This document shows, one piece after another, positions 1 to 8,165 of a stretch of 25,926 nt of DNA. Source of the stretch: a bacterium (GTDB lineage: Bacteria > Elusimicrobiota > Elusimicrobia > Elusimicrobiales > CAZFMJ01). Made by a program: the position numbers and the translations under genes. Under the pieces are notes generated by a model. That model was given only the letters and a program-made list of their open reading frames with translations, was not told where the DNA came from and searched no databases. Where the stretch lies: assembly GCA_043817835.1 (NCBI GenBank), contig JBDRGJ010000028.1, positions 1 to 25,926 of the forward strand, read 5' to 3'. How positions within the stretch are numbered: position 1 is the first letter of the stretch; each line of letters begins with the position of its first letter.

Positions 1-52
1 TATGACACAGTAGTATTAGTCCGTCAGTTTGTTGCTATGTGTTTCTTGCCTG

Positions 53-95
53 ACAGCCTAACTGCCTATAGCCTAATCTCCTACAGCCTGTCTCC
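53..95. repeat. Degenerate 7/8-mer tandem array (nnnGCCTA-like) overlapping the wbqC stop
   Basis: acagccta/actgccta/tagccta/atctccta/cagcctg; the 14-mer tagcctaatctcct (69-82) recurs exactly at 19875-19888. Confidence 0.6.
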
Positions 96-860
96 CAACG
101 CTCTCCTTAGAATATTTCCCGCTTCCCTGCCCGCATGAAAAATCAGATCAACGGCAGAGAGATTGGAAATGAATTCTGTCCCGTATTGCCTGTAAACAGG
201 GTGCCTGAATTCCTGAAAAACGACTTTTATGCCGGCTTTTTCAAAGATTCCCGGGTCCATGTAATCCCTTCCGCCGGCCCCTGCCAGATATGTGTCCGCC
301 CCGAATCTCCGGCACAGGTTCACCAGGCGTTCGCTGGCCCGGCCTGCCACTGGCGTGCCGCAAACCTCGGTCTCTGACCGTGCCTGCTCAGGGCCTCTGG
401 CCGGAAGAACAGGCGCTGGTGCCTTGCGGCCTTCGATTCCGCAGGCCGAGGAAAATTCCATCTTTATCCCGATATCCAGCATTCCCCGGAGCATTTCCAT
501 TGAGGCCGCGTTTATCTCGGAGAGTTTTTCATACTCCGCCGCGTACAGCTTCTCAATGCGTTCCCATGCCGCCGGAAAACCGGCTGCCCTGGAGTATGTC
601 TGCCCCAGCGTCTTCAGATGTTTATGCTTCCACGGCACGGTGTTGTTGACGGCTGTCCCGTTTATGTTCTGCGGAAATTTGTGGAGCACCGGAACGGTCA
701 GCCATTGCGGTCCGGAGGAAGACATAACTTTATTGCGGTTCTGCCATTCGTTTTTTTTGAACTGGACATCATCCAGCACGAGAAAAACATCGCACTGCAG
801 CATCTTCGCGAAATAGCCGAGCCAGGGCATGAACTGGGGCTGGTGAGCGGCGAGTATCAT
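81..860 (-). CDS. wbqC: WbqC-like family protein (full-length copy, with a 29-aa in-frame insert)
   Basis: N-terminal HQPQFMPWLGYFAKM...DDVQFKKNEWQNRN, YLAGAGGRDY, F.HPVYRQ and NLSAVDLIF motifs typical of the WbqC family. Confidence 0.9.
   Translation of the reverse strand: MILAAHQPQFMPWLGYFAKMLQCDVFLVLDDVQFKKNEWQNRNKVMSSSGPQWLTVPVLHKFPQNINGTAVNNTVPWKHKHLKTLGQTYSRAAGFPAAWERIEKLYAAEYEKLSEINAASMEMLRGMLDIGIKMEFSSACGIEGRKAPAPVLPARGPEQARSETEVCGTPVAGRASERLVNLCRRFGADTYLAGAGGRDYMDPGIFEKAGIKVVFQEFRHPVYRQYGTEFISNLSAVDLIFHAGREAGNILRRALGDRL
340..431. repeat. 87-bp palindromic in-frame insertion in wbqC
   Basis: cggcc direct repeat at 340-344 and 427-431; outer inverted repeat gccgcaa (357-363)/ttgcggc (424-430); inner hairpins cggtc-tct-gaccg (368-380) and ggcc-tct-ggcc (392-402), the latter inside gcctgct/aacaggc. 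Confidence 0.6.
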
Positions 861-916
861 GAGCAGGACCTTTGATGAAAACTTGTATTGGGCAAATATG
901 GGCGGGGCTTATGCGC

Positions 917-1135
917 CTAAAGACTGTGAAAAATTGTTTCGGAGGCAAAAATCTGCGTGCCGCTTTTCAAGCCGGCAAAAAGCGGAATTTTTCCGGACGA
1001 TGCCGGCAGAATGCGGATTACGGTCCCGTTTTTGATTTTTCCGAACATTTTCGGATTCTTTACAAGAAATCTGACAAAAGCAAAAGCTTCTCCGATATTT
1101 CCGCGCAATTCCATTTTATCCGTCCGTTTTATCAT
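917..1135 (-). CDS. Small hypothetical protein (72 aa), putative partner of a TA-like pair; resembles DUF5647-type proteins from memory
   Basis: ATG at 1135 overlaps the upstream stop (ATGA); NIGEAFAFVRFLVKNPKMFGKIKNGTVIRILP; start moved from the ORF-track 1171. Confidence 0.6.
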   Translation of the reverse strand: MIKRTDKMELRGNIGEAFAFVRFLVKNPKMFGKIKNGTVIRILPASSGKIPLFAGLKSGTQIFASETIFHSL

Positions 1136-1455
1136 AAATCCCTCGTCTTCAGAAATCGTTCGATATACCAATCAACCCGGTCGGCCAGGTCTTGTTCCGC
1201 GTATTCAATTATTTCATCCAAAGTCCCCAGTTTCAATAACGTTTTTTCCACCAGGCGTCCTTTGGTGTCCAACACATCACGGTGCGGGAAATCATGGGCG
1301 TTATCGTATCGCACGACCGGCTTCCATTTTCCCCGCACATGCAACTCAAGCTGAACAAGGAACTGTTTGACCTTTCCCTGTCGCAAGTTGAACTCAAACC
1401 GCAGTCTGATATCGTCGTTTGAACCGATGGGTTTGAAGAAAAATTTATTCCCCAC
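1132..1455 (-). CDS. Small hypothetical protein (107 aa), putative TA-system component with an RYDxAH motif (DUF6516/DUF7718-like from memory)
   Basis: W.PVVRYDNAHDFPHRD motif, GTG start, translationally coupled to 917..1135. Confidence 0.65.
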   Translation of the reverse strand: MGNKFFFKPIGSNDDIRLRFEFNLRQGKVKQFLVQLELHVRGKWKPVVRYDNAHDFPHRDVLDTKGRLVEKTLLKLGTLDEIIEYAEQDLADRVDWYIERFLKTRDL

Positions 1456-1461
1456 GATTAA

Positions 1462-1490
1462 AGTATATCAGAAATCCCGTCTCACATCAA
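1462..1490 (-). promoter_or_regulatory. Sigma70-type promoter TTGATG-17nt-TATACT with extended -10 (TG), predicted leaderless transcript
   Basis: -35 at 1490-1485, -10 at 1467-1462 preceded by TGA; GTG start at 1455 lies 6 nt after the -10; no SD present. Confidence 0.65.
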
Positions 1491-1504
1491 TTTTCGTTTT
1501 CCGT

Positions 1505-1649
1505 CCCAAATCCTCGGCTAACGCCCATATATGCTCGTAACATTTTTCACCTTCTTGGTGTAGCTGCCCGATTCATCGGGCTTTCGATTACAGCGCCGAT
1601 AAATCGGCAGGCTACGGGAGAAAAAATTATCCTTAGCCGAGGATTTGGG
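1505..1649. mobile_element. MITE-like non-autonomous element (145 bp)
   Basis: Perfect 17-bp terminal inverted repeats cccaaatcctcggctaa (1505-1521)/ttagccgaggatttggg (1633-1649), flanked by the 6-bp direct repeat ttccgt (1499-1504, 1650-1655); no transposase. Confidence 0.8.
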
Positions 1650-1778
1650 TTCCGTCTTCTGCCATTCGTTCTTCTTGAACCGCACGTCATCCGGCGCGAT
1701 AAAAACATCGCACTGCAGCATTTTCGCGAAATAGCCCAGCCAGGGCATGAACCTGGGTTGATGAGCGGACAGTATCAT
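1518..1778 (-). pseudogene. wbqC: Truncated wbqC 5' fragment (about 40 homologous codons, then reads into the MITE)
   Basis: 1657-1778 matches 739-860 at 106/122 nt (manual alignment); ATG overlaps the kinase stop (ATGA). Confidence 0.85.
1560..1615. repeat. Inverted REP-like doublet (REPIN-like) inside the MITE
   Basis: GTAG-ct-gcccga-ttca-tcgggc (1560-1581) and the inverted copy gccga-taaa-tcggc-agg-CTAC (1595-1615). Confidence 0.65.
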
Positions 1779-2737
1779 GATGATGCGTCTGTCCAGGCTG
1801 TTTCCGCAAAAATATTATCCTTCTCAGCGAAAAGGAATGCCGTCTGCTCCAGTCTTTCATTCCGAAACCTTAATGCCCCCTGTATGTAATCCAGCATGGC
1901 CACGGCATAAAAAGGATAACAGGTTTCAGGCGGCAGGGACAGGGAATTCATCAGCTTGTGCGTTTCCGAGAGAATGATCGAAGTCGCAGTGGTCCTGTGA
2001 AAAAATATTTCACGCATGACTGTCAGCATGCCGTGCGGGTCGGGGGTGTCATGTCCGGCCGTGCGCGCCGCATAAGAGCAGATGAATGTGAACCAGTCGA
2101 TCATCGGCCATCTGAGCTTTGCGCTTTCCCAGTCAAAGATGAAAATATTGCCGCGCGAAAACGCGATATTGTGCCAGCACAGGTCGTTATGGGCGATGAC
2201 TTTGCGTATCCCGGCGTTTTGCAGCGTTTCTTCGGCTTTCAGAGCGCTGCCGACTATTCTGCGGGTGGTCATGGGCTCGGACTTTTCGAAACGCTTAAGC
2301 AGAATATCGCATCGCGAGCCCATATCCCTGTCCTCACTTGCTTTTGCCAGGAATTCCGGCGCAGGCAGGCCGGCCAGCCGTGCCAGCCAGTCCCGGACAA
2401 TGCTGAAATGAGACTGCATGCATGAAAGTCCGGGCGACATGGGAGCAGTTTCTATATAGGAATATGAGGCGATCTCTCTGTTTCCGAAAGTATGAATGCC
2501 CAGCGGGGCCGGCACGCTTTCCGCCAGCGTCCTGTCCGAGCTTTTGCCAAGGAATTCCAGGATATCATGCTCCTTGCGGACGTCGGCGCTGCCCAGCCGG
2601 AGAATTCCCAGGGGAAGGGGATTCCCTCTCCGGAAAGAGAATGCGGTCGTTACATGTCCGGAATTTATCACAAACCCTGCCCGCTGACCGGCCATCCCGG
2701 GGAAATCTTTTTCCGCGACCTGTTCCAGAAGTGTCAT
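1775..2737 (-). CDS. Aminoglycoside phosphotransferase/choline kinase-like protein
   Basis: Brenner-type HNDLCWHN and IFDWE motifs. Confidence 0.8.
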   Translation of the reverse strand: MTLLEQVAEKDFPGMAGQRAGFVINSGHVTTAFSFRRGNPLPLGILRLGSADVRKEHDILEFLGKSSDRTLAESVPAPLGIHTFGNREIASYSYIETAPMSPGLSCMQSHFSIVRDWLARLAGLPAPEFLAKASEDRDMGSRCDILLKRFEKSEPMTTRRIVGSALKAEETLQNAGIRKVIAHNDLCWHNIAFSRGNIFIFDWESAKLRWPMIDWFTFICSYAARTAGHDTPDPHGMLTVMREIFFHRTTATSIILSETHKLMNSLSLPPETCYPFYAVAMLDYIQGALRFRNERLEQTAFLFAEKDNIFAETAWTDASS

Positions 2738-3810
2738 CTCATCTTCTCCGCCACGATGCTGAAACTGTGCGAAAAGAACCGGTGAAGATGAATCCTGTGC
2801 AGGCCGAGCAGGCAGGCGAGCCGGCCCAGTTTCGTAAAAAACAAATCCCGGCCGGAGCGGCCCATCCTCTTTTCCGCCAGCTTAAGCATGAAAGGAAAAA
2901 GCGCGGGGTCGTCGATGTCTCCCAGCAATTTCATGTCGCGGTAGTCCTTCACCGGCATGCAGGTCTTTTTGATGGTGAAGCCCGCTTCCGCGAACATCTT
3001 CCGCAGTCCGGCGTATGAATGCGTGTATTCCCGGAAAGGCCTGCCGCGGACAATCCTGCTGTAAAAATCGGCAAGCTTCCTGGGCAGAACGGTCACGAAC
3101 CTCATCCCGGTGTGTTCATCTGCCGCACCCATGAAGTATTTAAGGCCGAACCTGTTTTCAATGCCAAGATAAATTTCTCCGCCGGGCCTGAGCAGGCCGG
3201 CAAATTTTTTCAACAGCCTGACCTGGACGGCCCGGGGCTCGTCTTCCTTATAAAAACACGGGATATGCTCAAGCACGCCGTTAAGCACTATCAGGTCAAA
3301 ACTGTTTTCGCCGAAAGGAAGGGCCATCAGGCCCGACCGCACCGGAAAGACATTGCCGACGCCGTCCTGGCCGGCGCGCAGCCTGATGAATTCCAGATAT
3401 TCAAAAAGCGAATCGGCGCAGTGGACCTCTTTGCAGTAATCGGCCAGAAAAAAGCTTATGACCCCGCATCCGCATCCCGCATCCAGGACCACGCTGTCCC
3501 GGTTTATGGAAGTGAGCAGGCAGCCGTTGCCGCGGGAGTTGTCGGTAATCCAGGCCTCGGTCCGGGACCCGCCGAAAACCCGGCGCACTGCCTCGCGCCA
3601 TCCCGCTTCCCGCGCGATCCGCACGAGTTCCGTCTCTTTTTCATCTGCCCGCCAACCGTCTTTTTTGTCTTCGCCGATAAAATCGGGCACGCCGTCCCTG
3701 GCTGCGAAGGCGCTGCGGCATCCCGGGCATGCCAGGCCGTTTTCCTGCTTTTCGATTGCCGCCCTGCATGCAGGACAATGATATCCTTCGAAAATCTTTT
3801 CTTCGGTCAT
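2734..3810 (-). CDS. Class I SAM-dependent methyltransferase with an N-terminal CxxC..CxxC (Trm112-like) zinc knuckle
   Basis: CPAC...CPGC; VLDAGCGCG; FDLIVLNGVLEH; start placed at MTEEK (ATGA overlap with the upstream stop). Confidence 0.85.
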   Translation of the reverse strand: MTEEKIFEGYHCPACRAAIEKQENGLACPGCRSAFAARDGVPDFIGEDKKDGWRADEKETELVRIAREAGWREAVRRVFGGSRTEAWITDNSRGNGCLLTSINRDSVVLDAGCGCGVISFFLADYCKEVHCADSLFEYLEFIRLRAGQDGVGNVFPVRSGLMALPFGENSFDLIVLNGVLEHIPCFYKEDEPRAVQVRLLKKFAGLLRPGGEIYLGIENRFGLKYFMGAADEHTGMRFVTVLPRKLADFYSRIVRGRPFREYTHSYAGLRKMFAEAGFTIKKTCMPVKDYRDMKLLGDIDDPALFPFMLKLAEKRMGRSGRDLFFTKLGRLACLLGLHRIHLHRFFSHSFSIVAEKMR

Positions 3811-4997
3811 GATGCCCCGCCTGGGCCGCACCCGGGTATTGATGACAGAGCCGCCTCCAGCTTCCGGACAGCCGCTTCCGGAGTGAATGATTCCCTCATG
3901 CGTTCGTATCCGCGCGCGCCTATCTTCCTTCTTTCTTCCGGGTTTAGCATAAGGCGGTTCAGGGCTTCGGACAGGGCCGTTTCATTGCCGGGCTCAATCA
4001 GCGTTCCGGTTTCGCCGTCTTTTACCGCGTCCGTTACGCCTCCGGAGCGCGAAGCGATGACCGGCAGGCCTGCGGCCTGCGCCTCCAGATAGACGACCCC
4101 GAACCCCTCTATGTCGTCTGCGGTGCGCAGAGGCGTGAGCACGAACAAATCAGAGGCAGCATAATAAAGAAAGAGCTTTTCGGGCGGGACCGCCCCCTCG
4201 AACCGCACGGTCGGAGAGCGCAGCCCCAGTTCCGCTGCCAGCTTCTCCATTCTGCTTTTTTCCGGCCCGTCTCCCACAATTATATAAACAAACCCGGGGC
4301 CGTTCTTTCCGACGCAAGTCATGGCGCGCAGGACAAGGTCTATGCCCTTTCTTTCATGCAGCCGCGCAACGGTAAGCGCCACCATGTCCTCCGGGCCCAG
4401 TCCGAGCTCCGCGCGCGCCCTGTCCCTGGCCGGCAGCTTGTCCAGAAATTTCGCGGGCACGGGAGGATTGATGACCGCGGTCTTCGGCCGCAGATGCCCG
4501 CCGAACATCTCAAAAACGAGTTCGCCGGTGGGAGTGCTGTTTACAATGAGTTTTGCCGCTTCGTTCAGCATGCGCGCCAGAATCCGGCGGGGGCCGCCCC
4601 AGCCCAGGACGTCGCCGCCGTGTATCGTAAGACAGTAAGGCACGTTCATGATTTTCCCGGCCAGCCATGCCGCGACCCCGCCTGCCGTCGCCTGTCCCGA
4701 AACGAGCATGTCGGGTTTTTCTTTCATGCATTGCCGCAGGGATTTTACGGCCAGCAGAAGCGTTTTGACGATTCTGGAAACAAGGCAATGGCCGGAGGGC
4801 AGCCATGTGCGCAGTATCCGGGATTCAACGGCATCATCTGTCCGGGGTGACGGAGCGATTATTCTGATGTTTGCTGCGGGAAGCCTGGTCCATAGTTCCC
4901 ACAGGTAGCTGGACTGTCCACCCACCATAGGCGGAAAATCCGCCGTAACCAGGAGGATTTTTTTTGCGTTCGTTTTATTGTCCGGAGATGAGTTCAC
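3807..4997 (-). CDS. Glycosyltransferase family 4
   Basis: DFPPMVGG N-terminus; VARLHERKG; EGFGVVYLEAQAAGLPVI (EX7E). Confidence 0.92.
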   Translation of the reverse strand: MNSSPDNKTNAKKILLVTADFPPMVGGQSSYLWELWTRLPAANIRIIAPSPRTDDAVESRILRTWLPSGHCLVSRIVKTLLLAVKSLRQCMKEKPDMLVSGQATAGGVAAWLAGKIMNVPYCLTIHGGDVLGWGGPRRILARMLNEAAKLIVNSTPTGELVFEMFGGHLRPKTAVINPPVPAKFLDKLPARDRARAELGLGPEDMVALTVARLHERKGIDLVLRAMTCVGKNGPGFVYIIVGDGPEKSRMEKLAAELGLRSPTVRFEGAVPPEKLFLYYAASDLFVLTPLRTADDIEGFGVVYLEAQAAGLPVIASRSGGVTDAVKDGETGTLIEPGNETALSEALNRLMLNPEERRKIGARGYERMRESFTPEAAVRKLEAALSSIPGCGPGGAS

Positions 4998-6123
4998 GAT
5001 ACAGTCTTTCCGTAGTCTCCACGGTTCTTTTGATTGAGAAATCCTTTACAACTTTTTCGCGCGCTGCGGCTGTCATTACACCCGCTGCCTTGCTGTCATC
5101 CATGAGCCGCGCCAGTGCGCCGGCGATTTTATCCGGAGCCCTGGCCGGGACAAGCATGGCGCATCTGCCGTTTTCCGTGATGAGCGGGATATCTCCCACG
5201 GAAGTGGCCACGACGGGGCATCCGCAGGACATGGCTTCCAGCAGAACGTAGGGCATGCCTTCCGAATCCGAGGACAGAACTAGCGCGTCCAGCCCGGACA
5301 GGACTTCCGGCATATCCGTCCTTCTGCCGAGGAATCTGACCATGCCCGCCATCCCCGAGGCATCGGCCTTTTGTCTGAGATAAGAATCCAGGGGTCCGTC
5401 TCCGGCAAAAACAAGGCGGATGTTTTTTCTGCCCTGCTTTGACAGGACAGCGATTGCGTCAAGCACATCCTCATACCGCTTTTCTTCAGCCAGGCGGCCC
5501 GCGCAGCCGACAAGGAAGTCTTTGTCCAATCCCAGGTCCTTACGGAAAGCCGCCCTGCGCTCTGCGGATGGGCAGAATCTGCCGGTATCCACACCGTTAT
5601 ATATGACCGAAATCCTCTCTTCCGGAAACCCGGCATACCGGGCATAATCTTTTTTAAGGTAGTCCGTGACGCATATGACCCGCGAAGCCAGTCCGGAAGT
5701 GAGGCGTTCGGCCGTCATATACAGCTTTTTTCTGAGCGGCGAGATCCTGTAATTTTCCAGGGACACATGAACGGTCGATATCACATGCGGCACGCCGGCC
5801 AGTTTCGCCGCTATTCTGGCATAGAATCCGATCCGCACTCCGTGCGTCTGGATTATATCCGGCTGTATCCGTCGGAACGCTTTGGCCAGCCTGAAAACCG
5901 CTGCCGGGTCCAGCAGAGATTTTACGGGCGTGAAGATGCAGTTGAAGCCTTTTGCGCGCATTTCGTTCTCAAAAGAGCTTTTTTCGGTAAAAACGAAAAC
6001 AAGTTCTGTCTTTGTCCTGTCCGCAAAAGACGCCAGCCCGCGCAGGTATGTCTCCCCGCCGCCGGACGAGCCGAGTCCCGCGACCTGCGCGACTTTAACC
6101 GGTCTTTCGATATCGTTTGACAT
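4975..6123 (-). CDS. Glycosyltransferase family 4
   Basis: GGGETY; GRLAEEK; EGMPYVLLEAMSCGCPVV; start moved to MSNDIE because the ORF-track extension reads through an intergenic repeat. Confidence 0.9.
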   Translation of the reverse strand: MSNDIERPVKVAQVAGLGSSGGGETYLRGLASFADRTKTELVFVFTEKSSFENEMRAKGFNCIFTPVKSLLDPAAVFRLAKAFRRIQPDIIQTHGVRIGFYARIAAKLAGVPHVISTVHVSLENYRISPLRKKLYMTAERLTSGLASRVICVTDYLKKDYARYAGFPEERISVIYNGVDTGRFCPSAERRAAFRKDLGLDKDFLVGCAGRLAEEKRYEDVLDAIAVLSKQGRKNIRLVFAGDGPLDSYLRQKADASGMAGMVRFLGRRTDMPEVLSGLDALVLSSDSEGMPYVLLEAMSCGCPVVATSVGDIPLITENGRCAMLVPARAPDKIAGALARLMDDSKAAGVMTAAAREKVVKDFSIKRTVETTERLYRELISGQ

Positions 6124-6145
6124 GTGAATTGACCGACATGACCGC

Positions 6146-6330
6146 TTTTTTTTTTCTCCCTCTCCTGTCCCTGCCCCTTTTCCTCTCCCCTTGTGGAAGA
6201 GGATTGAGGTGAGGGGTGAATCGTTCGACGACACCCCCCGCATCCGATTTTCCTACCTTTTTTTCTCCCTCGCCTGTCCGCCGGTTGTGTGGAGGATAGC
6301 GGCGGACGGGAGAGGGTCGGGGTGAGGGGC
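6146..6330. repeat. Two degenerate copies of a purine/pyrimidine palindromic element (CCCTCNCC...GGGAGAGGG..GGGGTGAGGGG)
   Basis: ttttttt-ctccctc(t/g)cctgtcc repeated at about 6149 and 6258, both ending ggtgagggg; copy 2 forms a 17-bp stem 6267-6283/6300-6316 with a 16-nt loop. Confidence 0.7.
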
Positions 6331-6346
6331 GGCTGCCGTTTCCGGG

Positions 6347-6967
6347 TTATCTCTTTTCCGCTGTTATAAGGCGGTAGATGGGCAGCCAGAACCCAGGGGC
6401 ATAACCCCGTTTTTCAACGCTGAATTTTTCCAGGATTTCAGTCTCGATTTCCGCCGCGCTCCGGTAATGGTCGCGGGGCTTGTGCCCGTCCCCGAAAATG
6501 TTTCTTCCGAGATTATACAAACCTCCCTCGGTCGGCAGGGAAGCAGCCAGGATTCCTCCCGGTTTCAGCACCCTCGATATTTCAGCAAGAGCAACAGGTA
6601 GTTCCTTAATATGTTCCAATACATCCGTTGCGTAGACAATGTCGAAGTTCTCCGAAGCAAAAGGCATATTCAGGATATCCGCGTTTATCCATGAAAAAGC
6701 CTGCGCGCCCGGTTCTTCAATGCTTTTTCTGGCTGCATCCAACTGACGCTGATTTATGTTCAGACCTGTAACCGGATATTGCGCGCCGCTGTGGCGCAGC
6801 ATGTGCATGAGCAGGCCGAACCCGCAGCCTGCGTCAAGGACTTTTTTACCCTTCGGACGGGTCCATTTGACCAACCGGTTCAACCGGCTGGCATAAACCG
6901 GGCCGACGAAGCGGGCGGCGTAAATAGGGTCCAGTCGTTTTATCTTTTGTAAGACGTCGTCGGGCAT
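6347..6967 (-). CDS. Class I SAM-dependent methyltransferase
   Basis: VLDAGCGFG; FDIVYATDVLEH; RVLKPGG. Confidence 0.9.
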   Translation of the reverse strand: MPDDVLQKIKRLDPIYAARFVGPVYASRLNRLVKWTRPKGKKVLDAGCGFGLLMHMLRHSGAQYPVTGLNINQRQLDAARKSIEEPGAQAFSWINADILNMPFASENFDIVYATDVLEHIKELPVALAEISRVLKPGGILAASLPTEGGLYNLGRNIFGDGHKPRDHYRSAAEIETEILEKFSVEKRGYAPGFWLPIYRLITAEKR

Positions 6968-6974
6968 TTTTGTT

Positions 6975-8159
6975 TTATGCTTTCACAACCTGCCTGTAAA
7001 ATTCCATATGCTGTTGAGCCGCCGTGTCCAGCGAAAACATTCTGACAGCCCTCTCTCTGCCTTGCTTTCCCATTTCAATTCTTAAAGAATCATCATTTAA
7101 AAGTTTCTTTACCGTATTTTCAAGGCTGGCATGGTCCTCCGGATTGACCAGCAGGCCGGTCGTTCCGTCTTCGATTGCAAAATCACTCATCCCGGGGACA
7201 AGTCCCGCAACGCACGGCAGGCCGCAGGCGATGGCATCCAGAAGAGAAATTGCCAGGCCTTCCCTCAGGGAAGGAAAGACAAAGATATCGCTTGCCCGGA
7301 GATAGTCTTCAAGATTATCAACCTTGCCGGTCCATATCAGGAAGTCGGCTATGTCGGAGCTGGCGGCATAGGCGTCAAGTTCCCGCTTGAAACCGCCCCG
7401 CAGTTCTTCCGAATCGCTTTCCCATGGTCCGATCAGAAGCAGAACGGGAGGAGACTCCGAATGTTTCAGAGATGCCATCATTCTCAACAGGTGCTGGACC
7501 CCTTTGCGCCGCACGATTCCCCCGGCGAAGCAGAGAATTTTTCTGTCCTGAGGCAGGCCGAGTCTCTTCCGGAGCAGTTGTTTTTGTTCGGCATCAGCCG
7601 GACAGAATCTGAAAATGTCTATTCCGAAAGGCAGGAGCATAAAATTTTTCTCAAAACCGGGGGATTTCCTGAACCCGTGTCCCATCGCAGGACACGGGAC
7701 AAACACTCCGTCGAATCGGCTGAGAGCATGTGAATAAATTCTGCCGTAGTTTTTTATGGAATTAAAATCATCATAACCCATAAGTGAAGCGGTGAATATC
7801 CACCGGGTTTTCAGGATTTTTTTTGCGGGAATGGCCAGAACCATGTCTTTCAAAAAGCCCTGCCAGTGTATTATGTCCGCTCCCCCGTCTTCAAGGATGA
7901 TTCTTGCTTCTTCCCACAGCCGTGTTAGCGCGCCTAATATGTTGTGCCGACGGGTTATAAGCACCCGCCGCACGGGCAGGCCGGAGACCACGCTGTCCCC
8001 GGAGAGAACCGGATTTTCAGTGAAAGTCAAAAGCCGCATTTTTATTCCGGCGGAAGCAAGTTTCATAGACAGGTTGAGCGCGAATTGTCCTGCTCCGCTG
8101 TATTCCGGGGGCAGCCGGTGGGATACCATGCAAATAGTTAATGCGGAACTGTTTTCCAT
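6975..8159 (-). CDS. Glycosyltransferase family 4
   Basis: PPEYSGAG; GGIVRRKG; FPSLREGLAISLLDAIACGLP (second acidic residue is D). Confidence 0.9.
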   Translation of the reverse strand: MENSSALTICMVSHRLPPEYSGAGQFALNLSMKLASAGIKMRLLTFTENPVLSGDSVVSGLPVRRVLITRRHNILGALTRLWEEARIILEDGGADIIHWQGFLKDMVLAIPAKKILKTRWIFTASLMGYDDFNSIKNYGRIYSHALSRFDGVFVPCPAMGHGFRKSPGFEKNFMLLPFGIDIFRFCPADAEQKQLLRKRLGLPQDRKILCFAGGIVRRKGVQHLLRMMASLKHSESPPVLLLIGPWESDSEELRGGFKRELDAYAASSDIADFLIWTGKVDNLEDYLRASDIFVFPSLREGLAISLLDAIACGLPCVAGLVPGMSDFAIEDGTTGLLVNPEDHASLENTVKKLLNDDSLRIEMGKQGRERAVRMFSLDTAAQQHMEFYRQVVKA

Positions 8160-8165
8160 AGGGAG

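Noticed and set aside
751-758. T8 tract in full-length wbqC as a phase-variation switch
   Set aside because: Short, encodes the conserved FKKN motif, and there is no evidence of slippage
872-1370. Plus-strand ORFs 872..1354 and 957..1370
   Set aside because: Antisense to the coupled minus-strand pair, which has a promoter, ATGA coupling and a motif
3019-4092. 357-aa plus-strand ORF, and similar ones at 8914..9705 and 16088..16912
   Set aside because: Fully antisense to well-supported genes; no recognisable domain
6124-6243. N-terminal 40-aa extension of the GT4 in the ORF track
   Set aside because: It translates the intergenic palindromic repeat and poly-A tract; GT4 similarity starts after Met at 6123
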